Shown: piece by piece, positions 20,313 to 30,180 of the stretch
Layout of the letters: every line of letters starts with the position of its first letter
How positions within the stretch are numbered: position 1 is the stretch's first letter
From: an uncultured Gammaproteobacteria bacterium
Lineage (GTDB): Bacteria; Pseudomonadota; Gammaproteobacteria; DRLM01
Direction of reading: 5' to 3'
Length of the DNA stretch: 64,000 nucleotides
NCBI GenBank assembly: GCA_963729605.1
Contig: CAVSNY010000007.1
Span: forward strand, 960,001-1,024,000
The notes under the pieces: model-generated
The model's input: only the letters and a program-made list of their open reading frames with translations
Told to the model about the DNA's origin: nothing
The model's database searches: none
Program-made: the position numbers and the translations under genes

Positions 20313-21175
20313 TGAATGCTGTGAAAGAATGGTATTACCGTTTTTATCATCAATATGATCAGGGGCGGCGGTTGCGCGCGCTCAAGGCGCATCTGCAACG
20401 GGGGCAACCGATCGCCCTGGTGCACCAAATGGGCCGCGCCGCCTCCATGACCATGACCAATACCCTGCGCGCCATGGAATTGGATATGCCCATCCATCAC
20501 ACCCATTGGCTCAATTCCGAGACGGTCGCGCGGCGGATGGCGCGCATGGAGCAGAGCCGAGGCAAGATAGAGTCGTTCAATCTGCGGGTGAGCAAGTTGA
20601 TGCTGGACAACTTGCCGCCGGAGCGGATGCGGAGTTATCCGTGGCGTATCGTCAGCATCATCCGCGACCCGGTGGCGCGCAACCTGTCGGCCTACTTCCT
20701 CAGCATTGAAGGTTTCATCGACGATGTTTATCGACGCCACGCACAGGGCCGATTAAAGCCGGACGAATTGTTGGAGGTGTTTCTGCGCGACTATCCTCAC
20801 GACATACCGCTTAATTGGTTCGATCTCGAGGTGAACGAGGTGTTCGGCGTGAACGTCTACGCGCGGCCGTTTCCTTTTGATTTGGATTACGCCTTGTACG
20901 AAGCGGGACCTCTGCGTATGGCCGTCATCAAAGTCGAGAGCCTGGAGCGAACCTACCGCCCCGCCCTGCAGGCCCTCTTCGGCGAGGTGCCGGGAGAGCT
21001 GCGCAACACCCACATCAGCGTGCAGGACGAGCCCTACGCACCGATTTACAAGTCGTTCCTGGCCGAGGTGCGCCTGCCGCAGGATTATCTGGATCGCATG
21101 TACGATTCGGTCTACGCGCGTCACTTCTACCGCCCGGAGGAGTTGGCGGCCTTCCGCAAGAAATGGGGAGGCTAG
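20312..21175 (+). CDS. Putative capsular polysaccharide synthesis protein, sulfotransferase-like fold
   Basis: Start at ATG 20312 overlapping the upstream TAA. 5'-PSB-like HQMGRAASMT and 3'-PB-like IIRDPVARNLSAYF; WFD.E...VFG; C-terminal YARHFY.PEEL..FRKKW. Confidence 0.65.
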   Translation: MNAVKEWYYRFYHQYDQGRRLRALKAHLQRGQPIALVHQMGRAASMTMTNTLRAMELDMPIHHTHWLNSETVARRMARMEQSRGKIESFNLRVSKLMLDNLPPERMRSYPWRIVSIIRDPVARNLSAYFLSIEGFIDDVYRRHAQGRLKPDELLEVFLRDYPHDIPLNWFDLEVNEVFGVNVYARPFPFDLDYALYEAGPLRMAVIKVESLERTYRPALQALFGEVPGELRNTHISVQDEPYAPIYKSFLAEVRLPQDYLDRMYDSVYARHFYRPEELAAFRKKWGG

Positions 21176-23022
21176 GCGCGCGCCGAATGGCTTTGCAGCC
21201 ACTGCTCCAGCATCATCAGCACCCAGATCATCACCCCGTAATAGGAGGCGTGTTCGCCGCGCTGCCGCTTGAGCAGGGTATCGAGGTAGGCGGTGTTCAA
21301 TAGATTCCGCCGCCGCAGGTTATGCAGGCTGTCCATCGCCAGGTCGTGCAGCGGTTGATGGGTGTTGAGCCACAGGCCGAAGGGCAGGCCGAAGCCGTGC
21401 TTGGGTTTTTTGAGGATGTCGGCCGGCAGATAGTCCTTGAGGCTGTCCTTGAAGAAATACCTCAGTTGAAAACCCTTGATCAGCAAATCCGGCGGCACGC
21501 GGCCGGAGAATTCCAGCATGTCGTCGTCCAGCAGCGGATAGTGCACCGCCACGCCGGCCAGTTCGCACATGCGGTTGACCTTGCGCAGGTCGTTATCCGC
21601 CAGCGTGAGCTTGAGGTCGAGATGCAGCATGCGGTGCAGCGTCGAGCCGCCTTGCGTGCGGTGGTAGACCTCGCGCAACGCGCGCAGCGGCTCGGCGGTG
21701 TCGATGGCGGCGAGCAGGTCGGCGTGCAGCACCTCGCCGACGGGCGTGCGGTGCATGAAGTTGTAGCTTTCCATGCGGTCCGGCAGCGGCAGATTGGCTT
21801 GCCGAATATAGCTGTTGAGTTTTTTGAACACGCCCACCGAGTCGGGCAGGCGCGCGGCGAGGGGTTCCACCAGGCCGCGGCGCAGCGGCTCGGGTAGTGA
21901 ATGATAAAGCTCGAACTGTTTCTGTTTCACGTAACGCACGTTGCCGCCGAACAGCTCGTCGCCGCCGTCGCCGGCGATCAAGGTGCCGACGCCGTCGGCG
22001 TGGGCCAGCTTGGCGCAATAATAGGTGGGTACCGCGGAGGCGTTGCCGAACGGTTCGTCATAGGCGGCGGCCACCCGCGGCACGGCGTCGGCCACGTCTT
22101 GCGGCGTCACGTAATACGTGTGGTGACGGGTGCCGAAATGGTTTACCGCGATGTCGGCGTAGTGGGATTCGTCGTAGCCTTCGGCCTCGAAGCCGATGGA
22201 GTAGGTCTCCGCCGGCCGGCCGCTCACTTCGGTGACGATGCCCGCCATGGTGGAACTGTCGGTGCCGCCGCTCAGGAAATTGCCGACCGTGCCCTGGCTA
22301 TTGTGCAGGCTGTGTTTGACGCCGCTGCGCAGCAGGGCACGGAACTCCTCGGCCAATTGTGCTTGCGGCGTGGCCGATCGGTCGTGGTACTCCATCTGCC
22401 AGTAAAAGTCGGTGCTCACCTGGCCGTTTTCGCACAGCAGGTATTGGCCTGGCAGCAGTTTGCGCAGGTCGCGGTAAATGGTGCGCGGGCCGGGGATCAT
22501 GTGAAAATACAGGTAATCGTAGAGCGCCTGGGGGTCCACCGCCGCGTTCACCGCCGGGTGGGCCGCCACGCTGTCGATACTGGCGCCGAACACCAGCCCG
22601 TTTTGCGTCGGCATGTAACACAGGCGCTGGATGCCGGCCCGGTCCACCGCCAGCAGCGCGCGGCGCAGGGCGAGATCGTAGATGGCCAGCGCGAAGGGGC
22701 CGCGCAGTTCCCGCAAACCGTCCAAGCCCCGCCGCCGATAAAGCTCGGCGACGGCCGCGGCGGGGCCGCGCGCGGCGGCGGTGTCCGCCAGGCCGGGGTC
22801 GCGCCAGACGAAGGCGCCGTCGCAGGCGACCCACAGTCGGTCGCCGATGTGGAGATCCGCGCCGCGGGCGGCGCTGACGACACCCAGGCCCCGTTCGGCG
22901 TCGCCGTGGCCGCGGGGCGCGGGCGTCAGCGGCGAACGCAGGGGCGCGCTCAGGGCCGTGAGCCAGGAGTCAGGGGAGGCGTCGGGGCAGGGCAGGCCAA
23001 ACCAGCCGTAAATACCGCTCAT
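21172..23022 (-). CDS. Asparagine synthetase-like ATP pyrophosphatase lacking the N-terminal catalytic Cys
   Basis: Begins MSGIYGWF. Synthetase motifs FLSGGTDSS, DEPFGNAS, AGDGGDELFGGN, DLRKV, KPKHGFGLP are retained. Confidence 0.85.
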   Translation of the reverse strand: MSGIYGWFGLPCPDASPDSWLTALSAPLRSPLTPAPRGHGDAERGLGVVSAARGADLHIGDRLWVACDGAFVWRDPGLADTAAARGPAAAVAELYRRRGLDGLRELRGPFALAIYDLALRRALLAVDRAGIQRLCYMPTQNGLVFGASIDSVAAHPAVNAAVDPQALYDYLYFHMIPGPRTIYRDLRKLLPGQYLLCENGQVSTDFYWQMEYHDRSATPQAQLAEEFRALLRSGVKHSLHNSQGTVGNFLSGGTDSSTMAGIVTEVSGRPAETYSIGFEAEGYDESHYADIAVNHFGTRHHTYYVTPQDVADAVPRVAAAYDEPFGNASAVPTYYCAKLAHADGVGTLIAGDGGDELFGGNVRYVKQKQFELYHSLPEPLRRGLVEPLAARLPDSVGVFKKLNSYIRQANLPLPDRMESYNFMHRTPVGEVLHADLLAAIDTAEPLRALREVYHRTQGGSTLHRMLHLDLKLTLADNDLRKVNRMCELAGVAVHYPLLDDDMLEFSGRVPPDLLIKGFQLRYFFKDSLKDYLPADILKKPKHGFGLPFGLWLNTHQPLHDLAMDSLHNLRRRNLLNTAYLDTLLKRQRGEHASYYGVMIWVLMMLEQWLQSHSARA

Positions 23023-23170
23023 GAATGTGGGTCGCCGATCGTTATTTTCTACAAAATGGGATGCGAGGGCGCGGGCGCGCCTAACGCCGCCTAAGTATAA
23101 CGGATGCCGCCCCGCCTGGGTTGAATGACGGTATAATCACCCGCCTTCAGTAACAAGAATTAAACCCGCC

Positions 23171-24103
23171 GTGAGTGATCTCTGGGAGAAAATCGAAAAA
23201 AATCTCTGCTATTACGGCCGGGCCGCGGCACGCACCGCGCGCGGCGCGTGGTGGAATATGCGCCGGCCTTGCGCGGTCAGGCCGGTGTTCGTGGTCGGGT
23301 GCAGCCGCGCCGGCACCACCTTGGTCTACAAGACCTTCTCCGAGGCGGAGGATCTGGGCAGTTTGCAACGCGAGACGCACGACTTCTGGGCCGAACTACA
23401 TCCGCTGGCGGCCCATGGTTGGGACAGCCATGCGCTCGCCGCCGCGGACGCCGCGCCGCGCGACCGCGACATCGTCACGAGTTATTTCTACGCCCACACC
23501 GGCCGCACCCGCTTCGTGGACAAGAACAACCAGGGCGGTCTGTGCGTGCCTTATTTGCACGCCTTGTTTCCGGACGCGCAGTTCGTCTACGTCAAGCGCA
23601 GTCCCGGCGACAACATCAATTCCTTGATCGAAGGCTGGCGCAAGCCCGAGGAATTCGCCACCTGGTCCGAGCATCTGCCGGTGCCGGTGGCGGTGGACGG
23701 CGGCCGCTACACGCGCTGGTGTTTTTTCCTGCCGCCGGGCTGGCGCGATTATGTGAACGCGCCGCTGGAAGACGTCTGCGCGCTGCAATACCGGACCATG
23801 AACGAGGCGCTGCTGCATGGCCGTACCATCATCCCCGCGGCGCAGTGGACCGAGATCGTCTACGAAGATTTATTGCGCGATCCGGTGGCGGGTTTTCAAC
23901 GCGCCTTCGCCGCGGCGGGCGTGAATTTTTCGCCGGCCGTCGCCCGCCACTGCGCCAGCGTGCTCGCCACGCCCTACAACGCCTTCTCGGAAATCCGTCC
24001 CGACAAATGGCGCGACGGCCGTAACCGCGAGCGCATCGAACGCGTGCTGCCCTCGGTGGAGGCGGTGGCGCGCGCCATGGGTTATCCGCCCGCCGGGGCG
24101 TGA
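23171..24103 (+). CDS. PAPS-dependent sulfotransferase family protein
   Basis: 5'-PSB VFVVGCSRAGTT, VDKN, 3'-PB FVYVKRSPGDNINS, IVYEDLLRDP. Confidence 0.85.
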   Translation: MSDLWEKIEKNLCYYGRAAARTARGAWWNMRRPCAVRPVFVVGCSRAGTTLVYKTFSEAEDLGSLQRETHDFWAELHPLAAHGWDSHALAAADAAPRDRDIVTSYFYAHTGRTRFVDKNNQGGLCVPYLHALFPDAQFVYVKRSPGDNINSLIEGWRKPEEFATWSEHLPVPVAVDGGRYTRWCFFLPPGWRDYVNAPLEDVCALQYRTMNEALLHGRTIIPAAQWTEIVYEDLLRDPVAGFQRAFAAAGVNFSPAVARHCASVLATPYNAFSEIRPDKWRDGRNRERIERVLPSVEAVARAMGYPPAGA

Positions 24104-24119
24104 ACGGATCGCGGGCATC

Positions 24120-25349
24120 ATGACCCTTTTCGCGGCGGTGCTGGTGTGGATGGTGGGCAGCGCGGCGCTGTTCGCGGCCTATCATCGGCGGACATTGTCG
24201 GCCTGGTGGCGCGAACCGGTGTTGCGCCGTCCGGTGTTGATCCTCGAGAGCGACGATTGGGGACCGGGCGATGAGTCCCACGCCCGCGCCTTGCAACGCT
24301 TGGCCGAGCTGTTGAGCGGTTATCGTGACCGTGACGGCCGCCATCCGGTGACGACCCTGGGTGTGGTGCTGGCCCTGGCGGACACCGCGCGCATCCGCGA
24401 GACCGGTATCACGGGCTATTTTCGCACCGGCCTGGCCGAACATGGCGCGGTGCGCGACGCCATGCGGGCCGGTGTCGCGCGCGGTGTGTTCGCGCTGCAA
24501 TTACATGGCCTGGAGCATTATTGGGCGCCGACCTTATTGGCGCTGGCGCGGCGCGATCCGCAGGTGAAGGCTTGGCTGACGACGGAGGGGCCGCCGCGCA
24601 CCGAGACCTTGCCCTCGGCGCTGCAAAGCCGGTGGATCGATGCGATGGAATTGCCCTCGCGCCCCTTGCCCGACGCCGAGATCGCGGCGGCGGTGAGCGA
24701 GGAAGTGCGGGTGTTTCGAGAAACCTTCGATGCCGCGCCGACGGTGGTGGTGCCGCCGACCTTCGTGTGGACGCCGGCGGTGGAACGCGCCTGGGCGCGG
24801 CACGGCGTGTCTTATGTGGTGACGCCCGGTCGCCGTTACGGCGCGCGCGACGAATCGGGTAAACCGGTGGCCGAGGGCGGGCTCATCGTCAACGGCATGC
24901 GCGGCGGGCCGGGTGTGATGTATCTGGTGCGCGATGATTATTTCGAACCGGCGCGCGGCCACACGGCGGCGCGCGGGCTGCACGCGCTGGCGGTGAAAAC
25001 CGCGCTCGGCCGGCCGGCCCTGTTGGAAATGCACCGCTTTAATTTCCTGGACGATCCCGCCGTCGCCGACCGCGCCTACGCGGAGATCGATGCCCTGCTG
25101 GCCGGCGCGCTGACCGCGCAGCCCGCCGTGGCCTTTCTCGCCACCGAGGCGTTGGCCCGGGTGCTGGAGACCCGCGATATGGCCTGGGTGGAGTCCGATC
25201 GGCGGCGCCGTTTGGAAGTGTGGGCGGCGCGCGTGCGGGCCGAGTACCGTATATGGCGGTGGGCACGCTGGACCGGATTGGGTTTGGCGGTGTGGGCCTT
25301 GACCGTGTTCCGCGCGCGTGAAAAGGGACTCCGTGAAGGCGCGTCATGA
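24120..25349 (+). CDS. Membrane-anchored polysaccharide deacetylase-like (NodB/GH57-type barrel) protein
   Basis: N- and C-terminal hydrophobic helices; LILESDDWG acidic motif, LQLHGLEH metal-His motif, VVPPTFVW, EMHRFNF. Confidence 0.6.
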   Translation: MTLFAAVLVWMVGSAALFAAYHRRTLSAWWREPVLRRPVLILESDDWGPGDESHARALQRLAELLSGYRDRDGRHPVTTLGVVLALADTARIRETGITGYFRTGLAEHGAVRDAMRAGVARGVFALQLHGLEHYWAPTLLALARRDPQVKAWLTTEGPPRTETLPSALQSRWIDAMELPSRPLPDAEIAAAVSEEVRVFRETFDAAPTVVVPPTFVWTPAVERAWARHGVSYVVTPGRRYGARDESGKPVAEGGLIVNGMRGGPGVMYLVRDDYFEPARGHTAARGLHALAVKTALGRPALLEMHRFNFLDDPAVADRAYAEIDALLAGALTAQPAVAFLATEALARVLETRDMAWVESDRRRRLEVWAARVRAEYRIWRWARWTGLGLAVWALTVFRAREKGLREGAS

Positions 25350-25555
25350 AACCGCCGTCGCCCTATTGTCTGGTCATCATCGCCGTGTATTTAAAACGTC
25401 ATGAATAGCTGGTTTACTGATGATGTGCTTGGCAGTTTATGATGTTCCCTCTCTCCATTCTGACCCGGGAAAGAGGGTGCGAACGGGGCCTAAGCTGTGT
25501 CATTACTCATGGTCGTCTTATACAATGACCCGGCCATGTTGGCCGAGGTGATCCC

Positions 25556-26581
25556 ATGATAATCCGATCTCGCGCGCCCCTGAGGCTGGGTCTGGCCGGC
25601 GGCGGTACCGATGTCTCACCTTACTGCGAGACCTACGGCGGCCTGGTGTTGAATGCCACCATAGACAAATACGCCTACACCGTGATCGAACCGCTGACGG
25701 AAGGGGTGCGGCTCGTCGCGACGGACAAGCAGGATGTCTGGGAGGGCCCGGCCGACAGCGAGCTGCCCTTGGACGGGCATCTGGACCTGCACAAGGGGGT
25801 ATACAACCGCATCGTGCGGGAGTTCAACGGCGGCCAACCCTTACCGCTCGCCATGACCACCCATACCGACGCGCCGCCCGGTTCCGGTTTGGGATCGTCG
25901 TCGACCCTGGTGGTCGCCATGATCAAGGCCTTCGTCGAATGGCTGAATCTGCCGCTGGGCGAATACGACATCGCCCGTCTCGCCTACGAGATCGAACGCA
26001 AGGACGTGGGTCTCTCCGGCGGGCGCCAGGATCAATACGCCGCGACCTTCGGCGGCTTCAACTTCATGGAGTTTCATCCCGAGGAGCGGGTGGTGGTCAA
26101 TCCGTTGCGCATCAAAAACTGGATCATCTCGGAGCTGGAGTCTTCGCTGCTGCTGTATTTCGGCGGCGTCTCGCGCCAGTCGGCGCAGATCATCGACCAG
26201 CAGGCGAGAAACGTGCAAGACAAGGACAGCGTGGCCATCGAGGCCATGCACGCCCTCCGGCAGGAGGCCATCGCCATGAAAGAGAACCTGCTCAAAGGCG
26301 ACTTCAACGGTTTGGTGGAGTCCATGAAGTCCGGCTGGGAGGCCAAGAAGAATATGGCCCACAGCATCTCCAATGCGCAGATCGAGGAGACCTACGCCCT
26401 CGCGCAGCAGGCCGGCATGCGGGCGGGCAAGATTTCCGGCGCGGGCGGCGGCGGTTTCATGATGCTGTTGGTCGATCCCGTGCGGCGCATGGAGGTCATA
26501 CGGGCGCTCAGCGCCACCCCCGGCCAGGTCTATACCTGCCATTTCACCAAATATGGGACCGAAGGATGGAAAATTTATTGA
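25556..26581 (+). CDS. hddA: D-glycero-D-manno-heptose 7-phosphate 1-kinase (GHMP family)
   Basis: [50 protein letters not shown]. Confidence 0.9.
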   Translation: MIIRSRAPLRLGLAGGGTDVSPYCETYGGLVLNATIDKYAYTVIEPLTEGVRLVATDKQDVWEGPADSELPLDGHLDLHKGVYNRIVREFNGGQPLPLAMTTHTDAPPGSGLGSSSTLVVAMIKAFVEWLNLPLGEYDIARLAYEIERKDVGLSGGRQDQYAATFGGFNFMEFHPEERVVVNPLRIKNWIISELESSLLLYFGGVSRQSAQIIDQQARNVQDKDSVAIEAMHALRQEAIAMKENLLKGDFNGLVESMKSGWEAKKNMAHSISNAQIEETYALAQQAGMRAGKISGAGGGGFMMLLVDPVRRMEVIRALSATPGQVYTCHFTKYGTEGWKIY

Positions 26582-27165
26582 TCGAGTCGGTCGAGAATCG
26601 CATCCGTGAGACGGCGGAGAATATGCAATCGCTGGCCGCCGACCGCGCCTTGCTGGCGGTCCTGGTACAAGTCACCGACGTGTGTATAGAGGCCCTGCAG
26701 CGCGGCAATAAGCTGCTGTTCGCCGGCAACGGCGGCAGCGCCGCCGACGCTCAGCATATGGCCGCCGAGCTCATCAGCCGCTTCCACTACGACCGGCCCG
26801 GCTTGCCGGCCTTCTCGCTCAGCACCGACACCTCGGTGCTCACCGCCATCGGCAATGATTACGGTTATGAGCAACTCTTCGCGCGCCAGATCGAGGCGAT
26901 CGGCCAGGCCGGCGATGTCTTCTTCGCGCTGAGTACCTCGGGCCGGTCGCCCAACGTGTGCAAGGCCCTGCGCGTCGCGCGCGAGCGCGGCCTCGCCACC
27001 GTCGCGTTGACGGGCCGCGGCGGCGGCGAACGTCTGGCGGGGCTCGCCGATTTCCGTCTGTGCGCGCCCTCGGACTCGACGCCGCGCATCCAGGAGTGCC
27101 ACATCGTCCTGGGCCACAACATTTGCGAGCTCATCGAACGGCGCATGTTTCCCGGGCCGGCGTGA
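26566..27165 (+). CDS. gmhA: Sedoheptulose 7-phosphate isomerase
   Basis: [42 protein letters not shown]; start set at ATG 26566. Confidence 0.92.
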   Translation: MENLLIESVENRIRETAENMQSLAADRALLAVLVQVTDVCIEALQRGNKLLFAGNGGSAADAQHMAAELISRFHYDRPGLPAFSLSTDTSVLTAIGNDYGYEQLFARQIEAIGQAGDVFFALSTSGRSPNVCKALRVARERGLATVALTGRGGGERLAGLADFRLCAPSDSTPRIQECHIVLGHNICELIERRMFPGPA

Positions 27166-27857
27166 TGGAGGCCATCGTCCTCGCCGGCGGGCTCGGCACC
27201 CGCCTCCGCAGCGCGGTACCCGACCTGCCCAAGCCCATGGCGCCCATTCGGGGCCGGCCGTTTTTGAGCCTGATCCTCGACGAACTGGACGGCGCCGGTT
27301 TCACCGCCGCGATCCTGGCCGTCGGCTACCGCCACGAAGCCATACACGCCCACTTCGGCGAGCGTTACAAAAATTTAGACCTGCGTTATTCAGTGGAACA
27401 GGAGCCGCTCGGCACCGGCGGGGCCATGCGTCTCGCCTGGCCGTTGAGCACGAGTTCGCCGCTGTTCGTGCTCAACGGCGACACCTTCCTCGCGCTCGAT
27501 TATCGCGCCATGCTGGCCGCCCATCGGCGTGCGGGCGCTCAGCTCAGCATGGCGGTGTGCGCGGTGGCGGACGTGAGCCGCTACGGCGCGCTGGAACTCG
27601 CGGGCGACAGCGTGCGCGGTTTTCGCGAAAAGGGGCCGGGCGGGCCGGGCTGGATCAATGGCGGGGTCTATGTGATGGGACCTGCTCTGCGTGAACGTAT
27701 GCCGGCGGCGGGTGGTTTTTCCTTCGAGCAGGATTTGCTGGTGCCCCATGTGCGGGACCTGCGCCCGCTCGCCTTCCGTACCGAGGGTCTGTTCATCGAC
27801 ATCGGCGTGCCCGACGATTACGCGCGGGCGCAGACGCTTTTTCCCGCGGCACCCTGA
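27165..27857 (+). CDS. hddC: D-glycero-D-manno-heptose 1-phosphate guanylyltransferase (nucleotidyltransferase)
   Basis: [49 protein letters not shown]; coupled to hddA and gmhA. Confidence 0.85.
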   Translation: MEAIVLAGGLGTRLRSAVPDLPKPMAPIRGRPFLSLILDELDGAGFTAAILAVGYRHEAIHAHFGERYKNLDLRYSVEQEPLGTGGAMRLAWPLSTSSPLFVLNGDTFLALDYRAMLAAHRRAGAQLSMAVCAVADVSRYGALELAGDSVRGFREKGPGGPGWINGGVYVMGPALRERMPAAGGFSFEQDLLVPHVRDLRPLAFRTEGLFIDIGVPDDYARAQTLFPAAP

Positions 27858-27888
27858 ACAAAGCCGTTTCTTTGCCGCGAGACGCGCC

Positions 27889-29073
27889 TCAGCCGCCCCG
27901 TTTGGCGAGTACCAGTTCGCGGATCGCCTCGGCCCGGTGTACGCAACTGAATTCCGCCTCGGCGCGCCGGCGCGCCGCCAGCCCCATGCGCCGGGCCTCG
28001 GCTTCATCGACCAGCAGCCGGGTCAGTGCCTGTTCGATCTCGTCCACGCGTTCACCCCGCACCTGCAAACCCGTGACGCCGTCCGCCACGGCCGAGCCCG
28101 TGCCGCCGGCCCGGCCGGCGATCGCCGGTTTTTCACAGGCGCCCGCCTCGAGATAGACCAGACCGAAACCTTCGGTATCGCCGCCGATGTCGCGGTTGGG
28201 CATGGCGAAGACGTCACAGGCGTTGTACCAGCGCGGCAAATCTTCGAGGCTGACGTGGCCGAGCAGGTGCACGCGCGCTTCGACGCCCAGTTTCCGGGCG
28301 AGTTCTTTGAGATAGTCCCAGTCTTCTCCGATGCCGATCAGCGCATAGTGGACGTCGAGCCCCTGGCGCAACAGCGCGGGCAGGGCCTTGATCGTGTGGT
28401 CGAACCCTTTGCGCCGCTGCAATCGGCCTACGGACAACACGAGCCTCTGGCCGGGGGCAAGGCCGAGCTGGGCGCGCAGGTCTTCGTGGGGGAGATTCGG
28501 CCGGAAGTGCTCCGCGTCGACCGTGGGATAGATCAGCGCGATGCGCGCGGGCGCCACGCCGATGAGCTCGACGAGCGTGGTGCGCGTGAATTCGCTGTTG
28601 GCGATCACCCAGTCGGCGCGCCGCAGCGCAAAACACATGGCCTGAAATTTTCGGCCGCGGCCCCAGCCGGTGAGTTCTTCGCCGTGGGCATAGATCAGCA
28701 CCGGCCGCCGCGTCAGGCGGCCCACCGCCCAGGCCACCAGGCCTTCGGGCAGGGCCCGGCCCGCGAGCAGGGCGTCGCTGCGCCGCGTGACGGCCAGTGT
28801 CAAGGATTTCAAAAAAAACTTGGCGTAGATCGCCAGGGATTCGGGCCGCAGCCAGGCTCGGCGCTTCAAATTGAGACGGTGTACGTCATTGGGGTGGGTG
28901 CGATCGACGTTCGCCGCGCCGGGCACGTCGGCGGTGACGATATGCACCTCCTTGCCGCCCAGGTGCCGGCAGTCCGCGTCGAAGGACACGGCCGTGCCGC
29001 CCTTGGTGGGCAGGAACAGTTCCGTGATCATGAGTAAACGCAGTGCTGGTGCCTTCCGCATATCTATATCCAC
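27889..29073 (-). CDS. GT4 glycosyltransferase (PimB-like)
   Basis: TELFLPTKGG, YAHGEE, LSVGRLQRRKGFD, DTEGFGLVYLEA; start approximate. Confidence 0.88.
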   Translation of the reverse strand: MDIDMRKAPALRLLMITELFLPTKGGTAVSFDADCRHLGGKEVHIVTADVPGAANVDRTHPNDVHRLNLKRRAWLRPESLAIYAKFFLKSLTLAVTRRSDALLAGRALPEGLVAWAVGRLTRRPVLIYAHGEELTGWGRGRKFQAMCFALRRADWVIANSEFTRTTLVELIGVAPARIALIYPTVDAEHFRPNLPHEDLRAQLGLAPGQRLVLSVGRLQRRKGFDHTIKALPALLRQGLDVHYALIGIGEDWDYLKELARKLGVEARVHLLGHVSLEDLPRWYNACDVFAMPNRDIGGDTEGFGLVYLEAGACEKPAIAGRAGGTGSAVADGVTGLQVRGERVDEIEQALTRLLVDEAEARRMGLAARRRAEAEFSCVHRAEAIRELVLAKRGG

Positions 29074-29203
29074 TTGGCCGGTTCTTGAGGGCGGGGTATG
29101 TTATAGCGTAGTCCCGACAGCAGTCCATATCGGCAGCGCGGCGTGACGGAATAGAATAATCATCTCCGGGGCGCCTCTTGTGATGGGCGGCGGAGAGAAA
29201 AAC

Positions 29204-30007
29204 ATGAATTCCAGTGGCGTGTTGGACGAACTGGTGCGGAAAAGAAACCTGCACTGGCGATTGAAAAAGGGCCTACGGCAACTCGGCCGCCTGCAAGGGA
29301 CCTTGTACCGGAATATCGACCCCGTCTTGCCACCGGGCAGGACCATAATCTTTTGCACGTCCTATATCAACGATGTGGAACGTTATCGGCGCTGGATCGA
29401 TCACACCCATCCCCGCCGCGAGGCCTTCGGCGCCGAGCAGGTGTTCCTCATCAACGACGGCAGCGAGCATGCGGATTTCGACGCGAGGATCGCCGTGCTT
29501 GACGGGCAGGCCGCGCTGTCCGAGCGGCTGCCGGGTGATCTGGTGATGGTCACCTTCGCCGAGCGCCTGGGGCGGATCTCCGTGTTCTGTTATCCGGGCT
29601 GGTGGCGCAGTTTCACCTTTTCGGTCAGGCTCGCGCGGCACTATGGGTTCGACAAGATCATTCATATCGAATCCGACGCCTATGTCTGCAGCCGCCGGCT
29701 CGCCGACTACATCCGCCGCGTCAACCGGGGATGGACGGCGCTGTGGTCGAAACACTACGGTTTCCCGGAGACGGCCATCCAGATCATCTGCCGCGACGCC
29801 TTTCCGGCCCTGGAGGACTACGCCGATCGCGGCACCCGGTTTTTTTTCGAGAGTGAACGGGCCGCGGAGTATCTGCTGCCTTTCGACAAGATCGAAGCCC
29901 GTTTCCATGGCGAGCGCTGCGGTGTGCTCGATCGTCAGGCCGGCTGGCGGGGCTATGATTACCTCGCCCAGGTGACGCCGAGCTGGGAGTTGCATCCCGA
30001 TTTCTGA
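29204..30007 (+). CDS. Uncharacterised protein, possible divergent GT-A-fold glycosyltransferase
   Basis: IIFCTSY, FLINDGS (GT2-like DDGS), YPGWWRSF, IIHIESDAY (ExD). Start uncertain (29180-29204). Confidence 0.55.
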   Translation: MNSSGVLDELVRKRNLHWRLKKGLRQLGRLQGTLYRNIDPVLPPGRTIIFCTSYINDVERYRRWIDHTHPRREAFGAEQVFLINDGSEHADFDARIAVLDGQAALSERLPGDLVMVTFAERLGRISVFCYPGWWRSFTFSVRLARHYGFDKIIHIESDAYVCSRRLADYIRRVNRGWTALWSKHYGFPETAIQIICRDAFPALEDYADRGTRFFFESERAAEYLLPFDKIEARFHGERCGVLDRQAGWRGYDYLAQVTPSWELHPDF

Positions 30008-30180
30008 GCCCCGCGAGCGAGATCATCGCCTCCTGTGGCATAGTCAGGCATCATGCCTTCACGACCCATTCCGATACATCTGTTTATGACGCCGATCGCC
30101 GTTCACACTTTCATCGCTCCGTCCGCCCGCGGTTCGATATACCTCGAACCCGGCCGCGCCGAAGCCAAAAGGGCGGCACC

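Noticed and set aside
25447-25477. ccctctctcc...gggaaagaggg hairpin
   Set aside because: Possibly a decayed CCCTCTCCC REP, but too degenerate to call.
27691-29037. Long alternative-frame ORFs (e.g. 27691-29037 +, 54542-55993 +, 60038-61423 -, 50920-52230 +)
   Set aside because: Antisense shadows of well-supported genes, expected in high-GC DNA; no recognisable motifs.
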